A stretch of DNA of 64,000 nt from a virus, in the IMG/VR virus record IMGVR_UViG_3300035670_000026, positions 85,818 through 149,817 of that record. One strand, 5' to 3'. Position 1 is the stretch's first letter. The number at the start of each line of letters is the position of its first letter. Below are positions 10,025 to 20,040 of the stretch, in pieces. A program made the translations under genes and the position numbers. The notes under the pieces are model-generated. The model made no database searches. It saw only the letters and a program-made list of their open reading frames with translations, and was not told where the DNA came from.

Positions 10025-10457
10025 TTATTATGATATTTATTGGGAGAAAACCCAACTAAATATTAAAGATTTGAACAACAAGTTATTTTGTACGTTTGTA
10101 GACGAAGAGTCACTTGACAGTATGGTTTCGAGCATATCGAAAACATATTCTATTATGTACAATAAAATGTTTGTGTTATTTGTTAAAAGTACGGGTGAAT
10201 ATGTAATTACTTACAATGTTGAACAAGTTAATGTAAACAACATTCCTGTAAATACGATTTTAGTACATCGTAAAAAAGAAACAAATACACTATATACAAT
10301 TAATGCCCTAAATGATTTAATTAAAAAATTAAATGGTGGAGTAGTTGATACTTCATATCGTGTAAATTGGCAACACTATAAAAATTGTATCCTTCTCACC
10401 CAGAATGGAGACCTAAAGCAATTAAATACAAAAGTTTACCAAATTATTGAACTTTAG
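9999..10457 (+). CDS. Conserved hypothetical phage protein (true start may be TTG at 10071)
   Basis: KLFCTF...HRKKETNTLYTINALN; ATATTTAT motif at 10033 lies upstream of the TTG. Confidence 0.6.
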   Translation: METVTILNSYYDIYWEKTQLNIKDLNNKLFCTFVDEESLDSMVSSISKTYSIMYNKMFVLFVKSTGEYVITYNVEQVNVNNIPVNTILVHRKKETNTLYTINALNDLIKKLNGGVVDTSYRVNWQHYKNCILLTQNGDLKQLNTKVYQIIEL

Positions 10458-10487
10458 TTTGGTAATTGAATAAATAGTTATTATATT
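10458..10487 (+). promoter_or_regulatory. Host-type promoter
   Basis: TTTGG-N15-TTATTATATT. Confidence 0.65.
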
Positions 10488-10514
10488 AATGTTACAAACA
10501 AAATTTGATTAGTT

Positions 10515-11342
10515 ATGGATTTAAATGAAATGAGAAATCGACTGTCTTCAATGCAGTCAAAGCAATCTGGTAAAGGCAGCGGAGAAAAAAAATCTGTCTT
10601 TTGGAAACCCTCAGTAGGTAAGCAAGTAGTTCGAGTTGTACCCTCTAAGTACAACAAGAAAAACCCATTCACTGAAATGTATTTCCATTATGGTATTGGA
10701 AAAAATACTATGGTATCTCCAATTAACTGGGGTGAAAAAGACCCAATCGTAGAATTTGCAAAACAATTGCGTAGTACTAGTGACAAGGAAAATTGGCGTA
10801 TGGCTAAAAAGCTTGATCCTAAAATGCGTATTTTTGTTCCTGTTGTGGTTCGCGGTGAAGAAAGCGAAGGAGTAAAATTGTGGCAGTTTGGTAAAGAATT
10901 ATATATGGATTTCTTGAACCTTGCTGACAACGAAGATGTTGGTGATTTTACCGACGTAATGAATGGTCGTGATATTACATTGACCACTGTAGGTCCTGAG
11001 GTAACAGGCACAAACTACAACAAAACTACTATCATGCCTAAAGTTAAAGAAACTTTATTGGCCGATGATAAAGCAACTATTGAAGCATTGCTTTCAAATC
11101 AACCTAATCCTATGGAAGTATTTAAAAAATACCCATATGATGAAATGAAGACAGCTCTCCAAGAATGGTTGTCTCCTGAAGACGAATATTCCGAAGGTGA
11201 TATTATCGATGATGAAAAGGAAGAAGTTGTAGAAAAACCTGCTAAAGCTTATTCACTTAAGACCCCTGCGTCTGAAAAAGTAAGTAAGGCAGATAAGTTT
11301 GATGCTTTGTTTGACGAAGAAGATAACGACTTACCTTTTTAA
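10515..11342 (+). CDS. Single-stranded DNA-binding protein (T4 gp32-like)
   Basis: FWKP, vrvvP, GVKLWQFGK and D.TD...GRD motifs; acidic tail ending DNDLPF. Confidence 0.8.
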   Translation: MDLNEMRNRLSSMQSKQSGKGSGEKKSVFWKPSVGKQVVRVVPSKYNKKNPFTEMYFHYGIGKNTMVSPINWGEKDPIVEFAKQLRSTSDKENWRMAKKLDPKMRIFVPVVVRGEESEGVKLWQFGKELYMDFLNLADNEDVGDFTDVMNGRDITLTTVGPEVTGTNYNKTTIMPKVKETLLADDKATIEALLSNQPNPMEVFKKYPYDEMKTALQEWLSPEDEYSEGDIIDDEKEEVVEKPAKAYSLKTPASEKVSKADKFDALFDEEDNDLPF

Positions 11343-11353
11343 TTTAAACATAC

Positions 11354-12436
11354 ATGGCAAGAAGTAAAAAAAGCGAATCGCTAACGGCTGCTCTATCCTC
11401 TGAACTTAGATCTAAATTTGATTTGACTAAGTTTAAGGAGAAAAAAATGCTTAACTCAAATGTAAAGTTTAAAGAGCAAAAATGGATTCCACTAAGTACA
11501 GCATTTCAAGATGTAACATCAGTACCAGGGATTCCAATGGGTCACATTGTACTTCTTCGTGGACACAGTGATACAGGTAAAACAACCGCTATGATTGAAG
11601 CAGCAGTTTCAGCCCAAAAAATGGGCGTTTTACCTGTGTTTATTGTAACTGAGATGAAATGGAATTGGGAACATGCTGTCCAAATGGGTCTTCATGTAAA
11701 CGAAATTGTAGATGAAGAAACAGGTGAAATTTCAAATTACGAAGGCAATTTTATTTATGTTGACCGTGAAACTCTACACACTATTGAAGACGTAGCAGCA
11801 TTTGTTTTAGATTTATTAGACGAACAGAAAAAAGGTAATCTACCTTATGACTTATTATTCCTTTGGGATTCAATTGGTTCAATTCCTTGTGAAATGTCTG
11901 TTAAATCAAACAAAAACAACAACGAATGGAATGCGGGAGCAATGTCAACCCAATTTGGTAACAATGTTAACCAGAAAATTACACTATCACGTAAAGAATC
12001 ATCACCATACACTAATACACTAGTATGTGTTAATAAAGTATGGACTGCAAAAGCAGAAGTACCAATGGGTCAACCAAAGTTGATGAACAAAGGTGGATTT
12101 GCAATGTGGTTTGATGCTACATTCGTAGTAACATTTGGTAATATTTCAAATGCAGGTACATCTAAAATCAAAGCAATTAAAGATGGTAAGCAAGTTGAAT
12201 TTGCTAAACGTACAAACATCCAAATTGATAAAAACCACATTAATGGGGTTCAATCAAGAGGAAAAATTATCATGACTCCACACGGATTCATTAATGATAC
12301 TGACAAGGAACTTAAATCGTATAAAGATGCACACGCATCTGAGTGGATGAAAATACTTGGAGGTATGGACTTTGATATTTTTGAGGAACAAGATTTATTT
12401 GAACCCGAAACTATCTTTACACAAGAACCAGATTAA
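11354..12436 (+). CDS. uvsX: RecA/UvsX-like recombinase
   Basis: Walker A GHSDTGKT, Walker B FLWDSIG, and KGG motif. Confidence 0.85.
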   Translation: MARSKKSESLTAALSSELRSKFDLTKFKEKKMLNSNVKFKEQKWIPLSTAFQDVTSVPGIPMGHIVLLRGHSDTGKTTAMIEAAVSAQKMGVLPVFIVTEMKWNWEHAVQMGLHVNEIVDEETGEISNYEGNFIYVDRETLHTIEDVAAFVLDLLDEQKKGNLPYDLLFLWDSIGSIPCEMSVKSNKNNNEWNAGAMSTQFGNNVNQKITLSRKESSPYTNTLVCVNKVWTAKAEVPMGQPKLMNKGGFAMWFDATFVVTFGNISNAGTSKIKAIKDGKQVEFAKRTNIQIDKNHINGVQSRGKIIMTPHGFINDTDKELKSYKDAHASEWMKILGGMDFDIFEEQDLFEPETIFTQEPD

Positions 12437-12437
12437 T

Positions 12438-13475
12438 ATGAAAAGAAAAGAATTACTTAAACTCCTTGATAATCTTGAGGAGCAGGAAACAGTCTCCTCA
12501 AATCGTTACGATCGTGTGCTTTTAATTGATGGTTTAAATTTGTTTTTTAGAAATTTTGCCATGATGAATATAGTAAACTCTCAAGGAGTACACGTAGGTG
12601 GTTTAGGTGGTTTTATTCGCTCATTAGGATCTTTAATTAATCAAATTCAACCTACATCTGTGTTTGTAGTATTCGACGGGATTGGTTCTTCCACAAATAG
12701 GAAGAACCTACTCCCCGAGTACAAATCAGGTCGTAATCAACACAGAATTACAAACTGGGAAGTATTTGAAGATTTAGAAGATGAAGATGATGCTAAAATT
12801 AATCAAATAGTTCGTATTGCTCACTATTTAAAATGTTTGCCTGTTAAAACGGTTGCAATTGATAAAGCAGAAGCAGACGATATTATAGCGTATTATAGTG
12901 ATTATCTTCCTTCAACACACGGTTCCAAGGTTTTTATAGTATCATCAGATAAAGACTTTATACAACTGGTAAATGACGATGTTATTGTATATCGTCCAAT
13001 CGAAAAAGAATATTATACTAAAGATACAGTTAAAGAAAAATTTGGTGTATTAGCCGAAAATTTTATTTTGTATAAAATGTTACTTGGAGATAATTCGGAT
13101 AAAGTAGCAGGTGTAAAAGGATTAGGTGAAAAAGGTTTATTCAAGAAATTCCCTGAATTATCTACTGATATATTAACATTAGATGACATTTTTAACCTAT
13201 CAGAAGCTAAGTATAAAGAACATGTTATTTATTCTCGCATTGCTTTTGAACGCGATAGATTAGAACAGAATTATAAAATTATGAACTTAAAAAAACCTTT
13301 ATTAGATGATGGCGATAAAGAGTTTTTAAGGGAATTTGCTGAAGATGATACTTTAGTTTTGAATATTGAAGCTTTTTTACGATTTTACCACGATGATGGT
13401 TTAGGTCATTTAATTAAGAACGTTGAGTTTTGGGTTAATGACACATTTAAAGTATTAAACAGTTTTAGAAAATAA
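12438..13475 (+). CDS. 5'-3' exonuclease / flap endonuclease (T4 RNase H-like)
   Basis: LIDGLN, VFDG, EADDII, SSDKDF and GDNSDKVAGV motifs; start taken at ATG 12438. Confidence 0.9.
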   Translation: MKRKELLKLLDNLEEQETVSSNRYDRVLLIDGLNLFFRNFAMMNIVNSQGVHVGGLGGFIRSLGSLINQIQPTSVFVVFDGIGSSTNRKNLLPEYKSGRNQHRITNWEVFEDLEDEDDAKINQIVRIAHYLKCLPVKTVAIDKAEADDIIAYYSDYLPSTHGSKVFIVSSDKDFIQLVNDDVIVYRPIEKEYYTKDTVKEKFGVLAENFILYKMLLGDNSDKVAGVKGLGEKGLFKKFPELSTDILTLDDIFNLSEAKYKEHVIYSRIAFERDRLEQNYKIMNLKKPLLDDGDKEFLREFAEDDTLVLNIEAFLRFYHDDGLGHLIKNVEFWVNDTFKVLNSFRK

Positions 13476-13480
13476 GTTAT

Positions 13481-14851
13481 ATGACATTAAGTAATCTTTC
13501 GCAGTACGGTATTGGCTTTCAAATTAAAGTCTTATCTTCACTTTTAACACATAAAGAGTTTTTGCTTAACATCCATGATGTTATTAGTGAAGAATATTTT
13601 GACAACCAGGCACACCGTTGGGTTATTAAAGAAATTTTAAAGTATTATCAAAAATACCACACTACACCTTCAATGGATGTTTTGAAGGTAGAATTGAAAA
13701 AAATTGACAACGAAGTACTTCAAGTATCTATTAAAGAACAACTTCGCGAAGCTTATAAAGCATCAGATGAAGATCTTAAATATGTTGAAGAAGAATTTTC
13801 TAATTTTTGTAAAAACCAACAACTTAAGAAAGCGTTGTTAACAAGCGTAGATTTTTTGAATGCGGGAGACTATGATTCAATTCGTTCATTAATTGATAAC
13901 GCACTTAAATCAGGTCAAGACAAAAATGTAGGTCATGAATATAATAAAGATGTTGAATCTCGCTATAGAGAAGACCACAGAGTTGTAGTACCTTGTCCTT
14001 GGGAATCATTTAATATGCTACTTCAAGGTGGTTTAGGAAATGGTGATTTTGGTTTAATTTTTGGTAATCCTGGTGGTGGCAAATCTTGGACACTCATTGC
14101 ACTAGGTGGTTATGCTGTTAAGATGGGTTATAATGTTCTTCACTATACACTTGAATTAGGTGAAGATTATGTTGGACGTCGTTATGATGCTTTTTTTACT
14201 AATATTCCTGTAAATAAAATTACTGAACAAAAGAATAGAGGTAAAGTAGAAGAAACAGTAGAAACTTTGCAAGGTCAATTGATTATTAAAGAATATTCTC
14301 CTGGAAAGGCATCAATGTCAACTATTGAATCCCATATTAAAAAATGTATTGACCAAGATTTCAAACCAGATTTGGTTATTATCGACTATGTAGATCTTCT
14401 TCGCTCTAAAAAGACAAATCGTGAGCGTAAAGACGAAATAGATGATATTTATGTAAGCACAAAAGCTTTGGCTCGCGAGTTAAATATTCCTGTATGGTCT
14501 GTTTCACAAGTAAACCGAGCTGGTGCAAAAGATGATGTAATTGAAGGCGATAAAGCAGCAGGATCATATGATAAAATTATGATTACTGATGTAGCTATAT
14601 CCCTTTCACGTAAACGTCAAGATAAAATTAACGGCACAGGAAGATTTCACATTATGAAAAATAGATATGGTATGGATGGTATGACTTTTAATGTTAAGGC
14701 AGATACATCTACTGGCCATTTTGAAGTCTCAGAACGTATTGAAGATGATGAAGAAGAAACAACAACAACTTCTAAATCATCCGTTTTTTCTACTATAGAT
14801 GCTGTAGACAAAAAAGAGTTGCGAAATAAATTTTTTGAACTTAACTCCTAA
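13481..14851 (+). CDS. dnaB: Replicative DNA helicase (DnaB/gp41-like)
   Basis: GNPGGGKS, TLEL, IIDYVDLL, SQVNR and KNRYG motifs. Confidence 0.9.
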   Translation: MTLSNLSQYGIGFQIKVLSSLLTHKEFLLNIHDVISEEYFDNQAHRWVIKEILKYYQKYHTTPSMDVLKVELKKIDNEVLQVSIKEQLREAYKASDEDLKYVEEEFSNFCKNQQLKKALLTSVDFLNAGDYDSIRSLIDNALKSGQDKNVGHEYNKDVESRYREDHRVVVPCPWESFNMLLQGGLGNGDFGLIFGNPGGGKSWTLIALGGYAVKMGYNVLHYTLELGEDYVGRRYDAFFTNIPVNKITEQKNRGKVEETVETLQGQLIIKEYSPGKASMSTIESHIKKCIDQDFKPDLVIIDYVDLLRSKKTNRERKDEIDDIYVSTKALARELNIPVWSVSQVNRAGAKDDVIEGDKAAGSYDKIMITDVAISLSRKRQDKINGTGRFHIMKNRYGMDGMTFNVKADTSTGHFEVSERIEDDEEETTTTSKSSVFSTIDAVDKKELRNKFFELNS

Positions 14852-14860
14852 TTAAAAATT

Positions 14861-15838
14861 ATGACAAATATTATACAACCCAGATTAGTGTACAAACCAT
14901 TTGAATACCAAGAAGCAGCCGATTATTGGCTCAAGCAACAACAAGCCCATTGGCTTCATACAGAAGTACCTATGATGTCGGATTTAACAGATTGGAGTTC
15001 AAATTTAAACGCAACTGAAAAAAATATTATTGGTTCTATTTTAAAAGGTTTTGCTCAAACAGAAACAGTAGTAAATGATTATTGGTCAGGATTAGTAACA
15101 AAATGGTTTCGCAAACCAGAAATTATTATGATGGCTACAACTTTTGGTGCTTTTGAAACAATCCATGCTGAAGCTTATTCGTTGTTAAATGAAACTTTAG
15201 GTCTTGATAATTTTGATGAATTTTTAGAAGATGAAGCTACAATGGCTAAAATTGAAAATTTAATGAATGTGAGAGATAGTTTCCAAGGTGAAACAGATTG
15301 GCATGAAGTAGCAAAATCACTAGCAATATTTTCAGCATTTACTGAAGGCGTTAATTTATTTTCTTCGTTCGCAGTGTTGTTAAGTTTTAAAATGCGTAAT
15401 AAACTTAAAGGTGTAGGTCAAATCGTTGAATGGTCTATTAGAGACGAATCATTGCATTCAGAAGCTGGATGTTGGTTATTTAGAACATTAGTTCAAGAAA
15501 ATCCTAAACTTAAAACCCAAGAACTTGAAGCCGCTATTAATGAAGCAGCATTACTTTCTCTTAAACTTGAGCTTGATTTTATCAATAAGGTTTATGAACT
15601 TGGAGATTTAGAAGGTTGTTCACAATATGATTTAGAACATTTTATTAAAAATAGAGTAAATACTAAATTAGGTGATTTAGGATATAAACCAATCATTTCG
15701 AATGTAGATATGACCGCAGTAGAAAGAATGAAATGGTTTGACCACTTATCCGCAGGTAAACAACATACTGATTTCTTTGCAAATCGTGTAACTAATTATT
15801 CAAAAGGTCATTTAACTTGGGACGAATCAATTTTTTAA
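14861..15838 (+). CDS. nrdB: Ribonucleotide reductase class I beta subunit
   Basis: ETIHAEAY, TEGVNLFSSF, RDESLH and DFFA.RVTNY motifs. Confidence 0.95.
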   Translation: MTNIIQPRLVYKPFEYQEAADYWLKQQQAHWLHTEVPMMSDLTDWSSNLNATEKNIIGSILKGFAQTETVVNDYWSGLVTKWFRKPEIIMMATTFGAFETIHAEAYSLLNETLGLDNFDEFLEDEATMAKIENLMNVRDSFQGETDWHEVAKSLAIFSAFTEGVNLFSSFAVLLSFKMRNKLKGVGQIVEWSIRDESLHSEAGCWLFRTLVQENPKLKTQELEAAINEAALLSLKLELDFINKVYELGDLEGCSQYDLEHFIKNRVNTKLGDLGYKPIISNVDMTAVERMKWFDHLSAGKQHTDFFANRVTNYSKGHLTWDESIF

Positions 15839-15844
15839 TAAATA

Positions 15845-17554
15845 ATGGACAATAATTTATCAGTAGACTATACACAGTGGGAGCGTGGAAAAGACTATCC
15901 CGAATATTTTGATGAAGTAGCTCTTAGTACTATTTCTAAAGGTTATTTACTTCCAGGTGAAAATCCAAAAAAAGCATATAGAAGAGTAGCACACGCTGTA
16001 GCGATGCGTTTAAATCGCCCTGACTTAGAAAATAAATTTTTTAAATATATTTGGAATGGCTGGATTGGATTGGCTAGCCCTGTACTCTCAAACACAGGGA
16101 CAGACCGCGGATTGCCGATTAGCTGCTTTGGTATCGATACTCCAGATTCAATCAGAGGTATTGGCCTTACAAACGCTGAACTCATGCGACTTACCTCTTA
16201 CGGAGGTGGAGTTGGAATCTCCCTCTCAAGAATTAGAGGTAGAGGATCAAATATTACCGGAAACGGAAAATCTGAAGGAGTAGTTCCTTGGGCTAAAATT
16301 TATGATTCTACTATTATTGCAACTAATCAAGGTTCAGTACGTAGAGGAGCAGCTTCAGTAAATCTTGATATTAACCACGTTGATATTAAAGAATTTTTAC
16401 AAATTCGTAGACCTAAAGGCGATCCTAATAGACAGTGTCTTAATTTACACCAGTGTGTGGTTGTTGATGATGCGTTTATGAAGCGCTTAAATGATCGCGA
16501 CAGCGAAGCTATGTCATTATGGCTTGAAATACTTAAATCACGTGTAGAAACGGGTGAACCATATATTATGTTTAAGGATAACGTCAATAAAGATAATCCT
16601 TTAGCATATAGAATGAATAACTTAGATGTTTCTATGACTAATATTTGTACTGAAATTACTCTACACACAGACGAGGAACATTCATTTATTTGTTGTTTAA
16701 GTTCACTTAATTTAGCTAAATATGATGAATGGAAAAATACAGATGTAGTTGAAACTGCAATCTATTTTCTTGATGGTGTAATGGAAGAATTTATTGTTAA
16801 AACAAACGGTAAAGAATCTATGATTCGTTCACACCGTCACGCTAAAAAAGGTCGTGCACTTGGTTTAGGTGTAATGGGTTGGCATACATTTCTACAACAA
16901 AAGAATTTACCATTTAATTCTATTGCTTCAACAGCTTGGACACATACTATCTTTAGTCAAATTAAAACACAAGCTGAGGCCGCATCTCGTAAATTAGCAG
17001 TTGAATATGGTGAACCACTTTGGTGTAAAGGTACAGGTATGAGAAATACTCATTTATTAGCTATTGCTCCTACAGTATCAAATTCACGTATTAATGCTTG
17101 TTCAGCAGGTATTGAACCTCAACCAGCAAACGTTTATGTTTTTAATGGTGCTAAAGGAACATTTATTGTTAAAAACCCAGAATTAGAGGCATTACTTGAA
17201 TCTAAAGGTAAAAATAATAATAGAGTTTGGGATCAAATCCTAGCAGATAATGGTTCAGTACAAAATTTATCTCATGAAATTTTAACTGATAATGAAAAAG
17301 AAATTTTCTTAACATTCCCAGAAATTAACCAGTTGGCACTAGTTCAACAAGCAGCAGTTCGTCAACGTTATATTGACCAAACTCAATCACTAAACCTTTC
17401 ATTTGACCCAACTGATTCACCAAAATGGATTAATCAAGTACATATGGAAAGTTGGAAATTAGGAATTAAAACATTATATTACTTACGCACAGACTCAGTT
17501 ATCAAAGGTGATTTAGGTTCACGAACTGTAGACTGTGTTGCCTGTGATGGATAA
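15845..17554 (+). CDS. nrdA: Ribonucleotide reductase class I alpha subunit (short, no ATP cone)
   Basis: ISCF, GGGVG, TNICTEI, CCLSS, APTVS, KTLYYLR and C-terminal CVAC. Confidence 0.95.
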   Translation: MDNNLSVDYTQWERGKDYPEYFDEVALSTISKGYLLPGENPKKAYRRVAHAVAMRLNRPDLENKFFKYIWNGWIGLASPVLSNTGTDRGLPISCFGIDTPDSIRGIGLTNAELMRLTSYGGGVGISLSRIRGRGSNITGNGKSEGVVPWAKIYDSTIIATNQGSVRRGAASVNLDINHVDIKEFLQIRRPKGDPNRQCLNLHQCVVVDDAFMKRLNDRDSEAMSLWLEILKSRVETGEPYIMFKDNVNKDNPLAYRMNNLDVSMTNICTEITLHTDEEHSFICCLSSLNLAKYDEWKNTDVVETAIYFLDGVMEEFIVKTNGKESMIRSHRHAKKGRALGLGVMGWHTFLQQKNLPFNSIASTAWTHTIFSQIKTQAEAASRKLAVEYGEPLWCKGTGMRNTHLLAIAPTVSNSRINACSAGIEPQPANVYVFNGAKGTFIVKNPELEALLESKGKNNNRVWDQILADNGSVQNLSHEILTDNEKEIFLTFPEINQLALVQQAAVRQRYIDQTQSLNLSFDPTDSPKWINQVHMESWKLGIKTLYYLRTDSVIKGDLGSRTVDCVACDG

Positions 17555-17567
17555 AATATTTATAACT

Positions 17568-18929
17568 ATGAAAAAGTACTTATTACCCTTAGTAATAGCA
17601 CTCTCCGCCCTGTCAGTGTCAGCTTCAGCTGCATTTTATTCAGTGACTGGCCTCAGCATGTTGTTTGCTGGGGCTAGTTTTGCTGTATTAATAATGGCTT
17701 CTTCATTAGAAGTAGCTAAATTGGTGATTGCTTCTTTATTATACCAATATTGGGAAAATTTAAATAAAATTTTAAGAATATATCTTACCATAGCAGCTTG
17801 TGTATTAGTATTAATTACATCAGCTGGTATTTATGGTTTTTTATCTGCTGCTTACCAAGAAACAGCAACTAAATCAGAAATCGTTGATAAACAAATTGCT
17901 GCCTTAGAAACTAAAAAGAAATTATACGAAGATAATAGAGATAATATTTTACAAGAAAAACAATCACTTGCAGATTTAAGAGGAACCTTATCTAAAGGTT
18001 CAACTACTCAATATACTGATAAAAATGGTAATTTAGTAGTTAGAACAAATAATGCTGCTATTCGTAATATTGAATCTGCATCTAAATCAGATGAAAAATT
18101 ATCAAGTAAAATTGATATTGTAAATGATTCTATTTTTAGTTTAGAAAATCAAATATTAGAAATTAAAGTAAATAGTGAAGCAACAAGTGAGCTAGGACCT
18201 CTTAAATATATTTCTAAGTTAACAGGTCAACCAATGGATAAAATTATCAACTGGTTCTTACTTGTTATTATTTTTGTGTTTGATCCATTAGCTATTTCTT
18301 TAGTAATTGCTGCTAATTTTGCTTTTGCTCAAATCCGTCCTAAAAAAGAACCTTCATTAGAAGAAAATGTTGATGGAATGAGAAAAGTAGTAGAAGCATA
18401 TGATGATTTAGAAGATGAAATAAAAGAATGGGATGTAACTTTAGAAGATGGATTAGAAGATTTTGAATGGGATGAATATGGTAATCCTCTTCCCATTACA
18501 GATAAAGAACCAAATGATGTCTTAAAACAAGCTGCTGAAAAATATAAAACCCAAATTGGTATCCCAGTAATGGTTGACCCTAAAACAGGAAAACTCTTTT
18601 ATGAAGAACCAGATTCCGATCCTTTAGATTTAGATAGTGATAGAATAATTGAAGAAGAAGAAATTCAACAAGTATTTGAACAAGCTGATATTGATAATGA
18701 TGGTGTTATAGACGAAAAAGAAGCTAATTTATCTAATTTATCAGAAGAACAAACACAAGAACTTAATGATTTAAAACAATCTTTAGATGTTTTAGAAAAT
18801 ATTAATCAGAATACTAATTATGAATTTCAGTGGAAAAAAGATAAAATCACCGAAGAAATTAAAAAAATAAAAGAAAAATTATTAAAGAAATTTAATAAAG
18901 ATGATGATACTACAATAACGTATTTTTAA
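17568..18929 (+). CDS. Multi-pass membrane coiled-coil protein with acidic EF-hand-like C-terminal region
   Basis: Several N-terminal hydrophobic helices, coiled coil, IIFVFDPLA helix, DIDNDGVIDEKE loop; ATATTTATA at 17556. Confidence 0.65.
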   Translation: MKKYLLPLVIALSALSVSASAAFYSVTGLSMLFAGASFAVLIMASSLEVAKLVIASLLYQYWENLNKILRIYLTIAACVLVLITSAGIYGFLSAAYQETATKSEIVDKQIAALETKKKLYEDNRDNILQEKQSLADLRGTLSKGSTTQYTDKNGNLVVRTNNAAIRNIESASKSDEKLSSKIDIVNDSIFSLENQILEIKVNSEATSELGPLKYISKLTGQPMDKIINWFLLVIIFVFDPLAISLVIAANFAFAQIRPKKEPSLEENVDGMRKVVEAYDDLEDEIKEWDVTLEDGLEDFEWDEYGNPLPITDKEPNDVLKQAAEKYKTQIGIPVMVDPKTGKLFYEEPDSDPLDLDSDRIIEEEEIQQVFEQADIDNDGVIDEKEANLSNLSEEQTQELNDLKQSLDVLENINQNTNYEFQWKKDKITEEIKKIKEKLLKKFNKDDDTTITYF

Positions 18930-18930
18930 A

Positions 18931-18957
18931 AAAGGAGCGCTTAATTGCGCTCCTCTC
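18931..18957. terminator. Intrinsic terminator between convergent genes
   Basis: AGGAGCGC-TTAATT-GCGCTCCT; T tract on the minus strand. Confidence 0.75.
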
Positions 18958-19156
18958 TATTTGTTATTGATACGGCTATAATTTTATTATATTCATCTAA
19001 TGTTAATCTAGTTCGAGTAACTATAATAACGTGGTCCTCATAAATTAATGCTTGTCTGGTTATTTTAGGAGTTTCACTTACTTTATGAGCTACAAAATTA
19101 GTTGAAGAACAAGCAGTCATAACTAACACAACCCCAATTAATAATAGTTTTTTCAT
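18941..19156 (-). CDS. Putative lipoprotein (the only credible minus-strand gene)
   Basis: MKKLLLIGVVLVMTAC signal peptide II with lipobox; minus-strand ATATTTATA at 19195-19203. Confidence 0.7.
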   Translation of the reverse strand: MKKLLLIGVVLVMTACSSTNFVAHKVSETPKITRQALIYEDHVIIVTRTRLTLDEYNKIIAVSITNREERN

Positions 19157-19252
19157 TTTGTTTTTTGGTTTTAGGGTTAAACTAATATTACGTGTATAAA
19201 TATTAGTCATTTTAACGTCATTTCAAATTCATAAAAAACGTCATATTAAAAA

Positions 19253-19309
19253 TTTGGCTTTCCGAAATTTCGTTCGTATATTTACCCCATAATAGAAATA
19301 AAGGTTATG
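19253..19309 (+). promoter_or_regulatory. Early-type promoter/leader cassette
   Basis: TTTGG-N15-TTCGTATATT...ATAAAGGTTATG. Confidence 0.8.
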
Positions 19310-19537
19310 ATAAGTCAAGAAGAAATTTACCAAGCAGAACAAGAATTAGCTCGTTTTAATGAGTTGATGAGCAAAGAGATTCTTAATCAAGAAGAGTATG
19401 AATTTTGTAAAGCATGGGATGCTGAAGAAGCTAAAAATTTATTCTATAATGCTTGGAATAATACCTATCTCAACTTAAATGTTTATTCTGAGGTTGAACA
19501 TGAGTGTCGCCAATTTGAAATGGAAAGAGGTTTTTAA
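19307..19537 (+). CDS. Small acidic hypothetical early protein
   Basis: 76 aa behind a promoter cassette. Confidence 0.7.
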   Translation: MISQEEIYQAEQELARFNELMSKEILNQEEYEFCKAWDAEEAKNLFYNAWNNTYLNLNVYSEVEHECRQFEMERGF

Positions 19538-19540
19538 AAA

Positions 19541-19598
19541 TTTGGTTTCCTAAAAAATATTTCGTATATTCATCCCATAATAAAAAATAAAGGTTATG
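19541..19598 (+). promoter_or_regulatory. Early-type promoter/leader cassette
   Basis: TTTGG-N15-TTCGTATATT...ATAAAGGTTATG. Confidence 0.8.
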
Positions 19599-19802
19599 AC
19601 AAGAGTAAGTTTATTAATCCAAAGTCACTTAAGTGATGTGTTAATTGAAATGAATATTCCACAACTTCAAGAACAAGCTCAAGAACGTTTAGAGTTCGTA
19701 AAATGGTTAGTCCATATGTTTCCTGAAACCGATGTACGTGTTGATGCTGATGTGGTTTACAAACAATTTAGATTAAAACAACAAGTAAGTTTGGAAAATT
19801 AA
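19596..19802 (+). CDS. Small hypothetical early protein
   Basis: 68 aa behind a promoter cassette. Confidence 0.7.
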   Translation: MTRVSLLIQSHLSDVLIEMNIPQLQEQAQERLEFVKWLVHMFPETDVRVDADVVYKQFRLKQQVSLEN

Positions 19803-19819
19803 AAAATTATTATTATATT
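19790..19819 (+). promoter_or_regulatory. Host-type promoter
   Basis: TTTGG-N15-TTATTATATT. Confidence 0.7.
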
Positions 19820-19833
19820 TAAATAAAAAAGTT

Positions 19834-20040
19834 ATGACACAAGAAGAATTCGACTACAAACACACAGACATGATTAATTATTTGATTGATTTGAATCATG
19901 AAGCTGCAGAAGTATGGAAATTTCATCCTAAGAATCCCAATCGCATTGATCCTGTTCAGTACCATGAAATTTTGGTAGCAAAAATTGCTCAAGTAGAAGC
20001 AGAAGAAGCAGAATTCGTTGCACAATATGGGAACCTATAG
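19834..20040 (+). CDS. Small hypothetical protein
   Basis: 68 aa with W.FHP.NP motif and AAGTTATG start context. Confidence 0.65.
   Translation: MTQEEFDYKHTDMINYLIDLNHEAAEVWKFHPKNPNRIDPVQYHEILVAKIAQVEAEEAEFVAQYGNL

Noticed and set aside
19253-19819. CRISPR-like array from repeated ~55-nt elements
   Set aside because: The spacers are whole ORFs of about 200-230 nt and the repeats are degenerate promoters.
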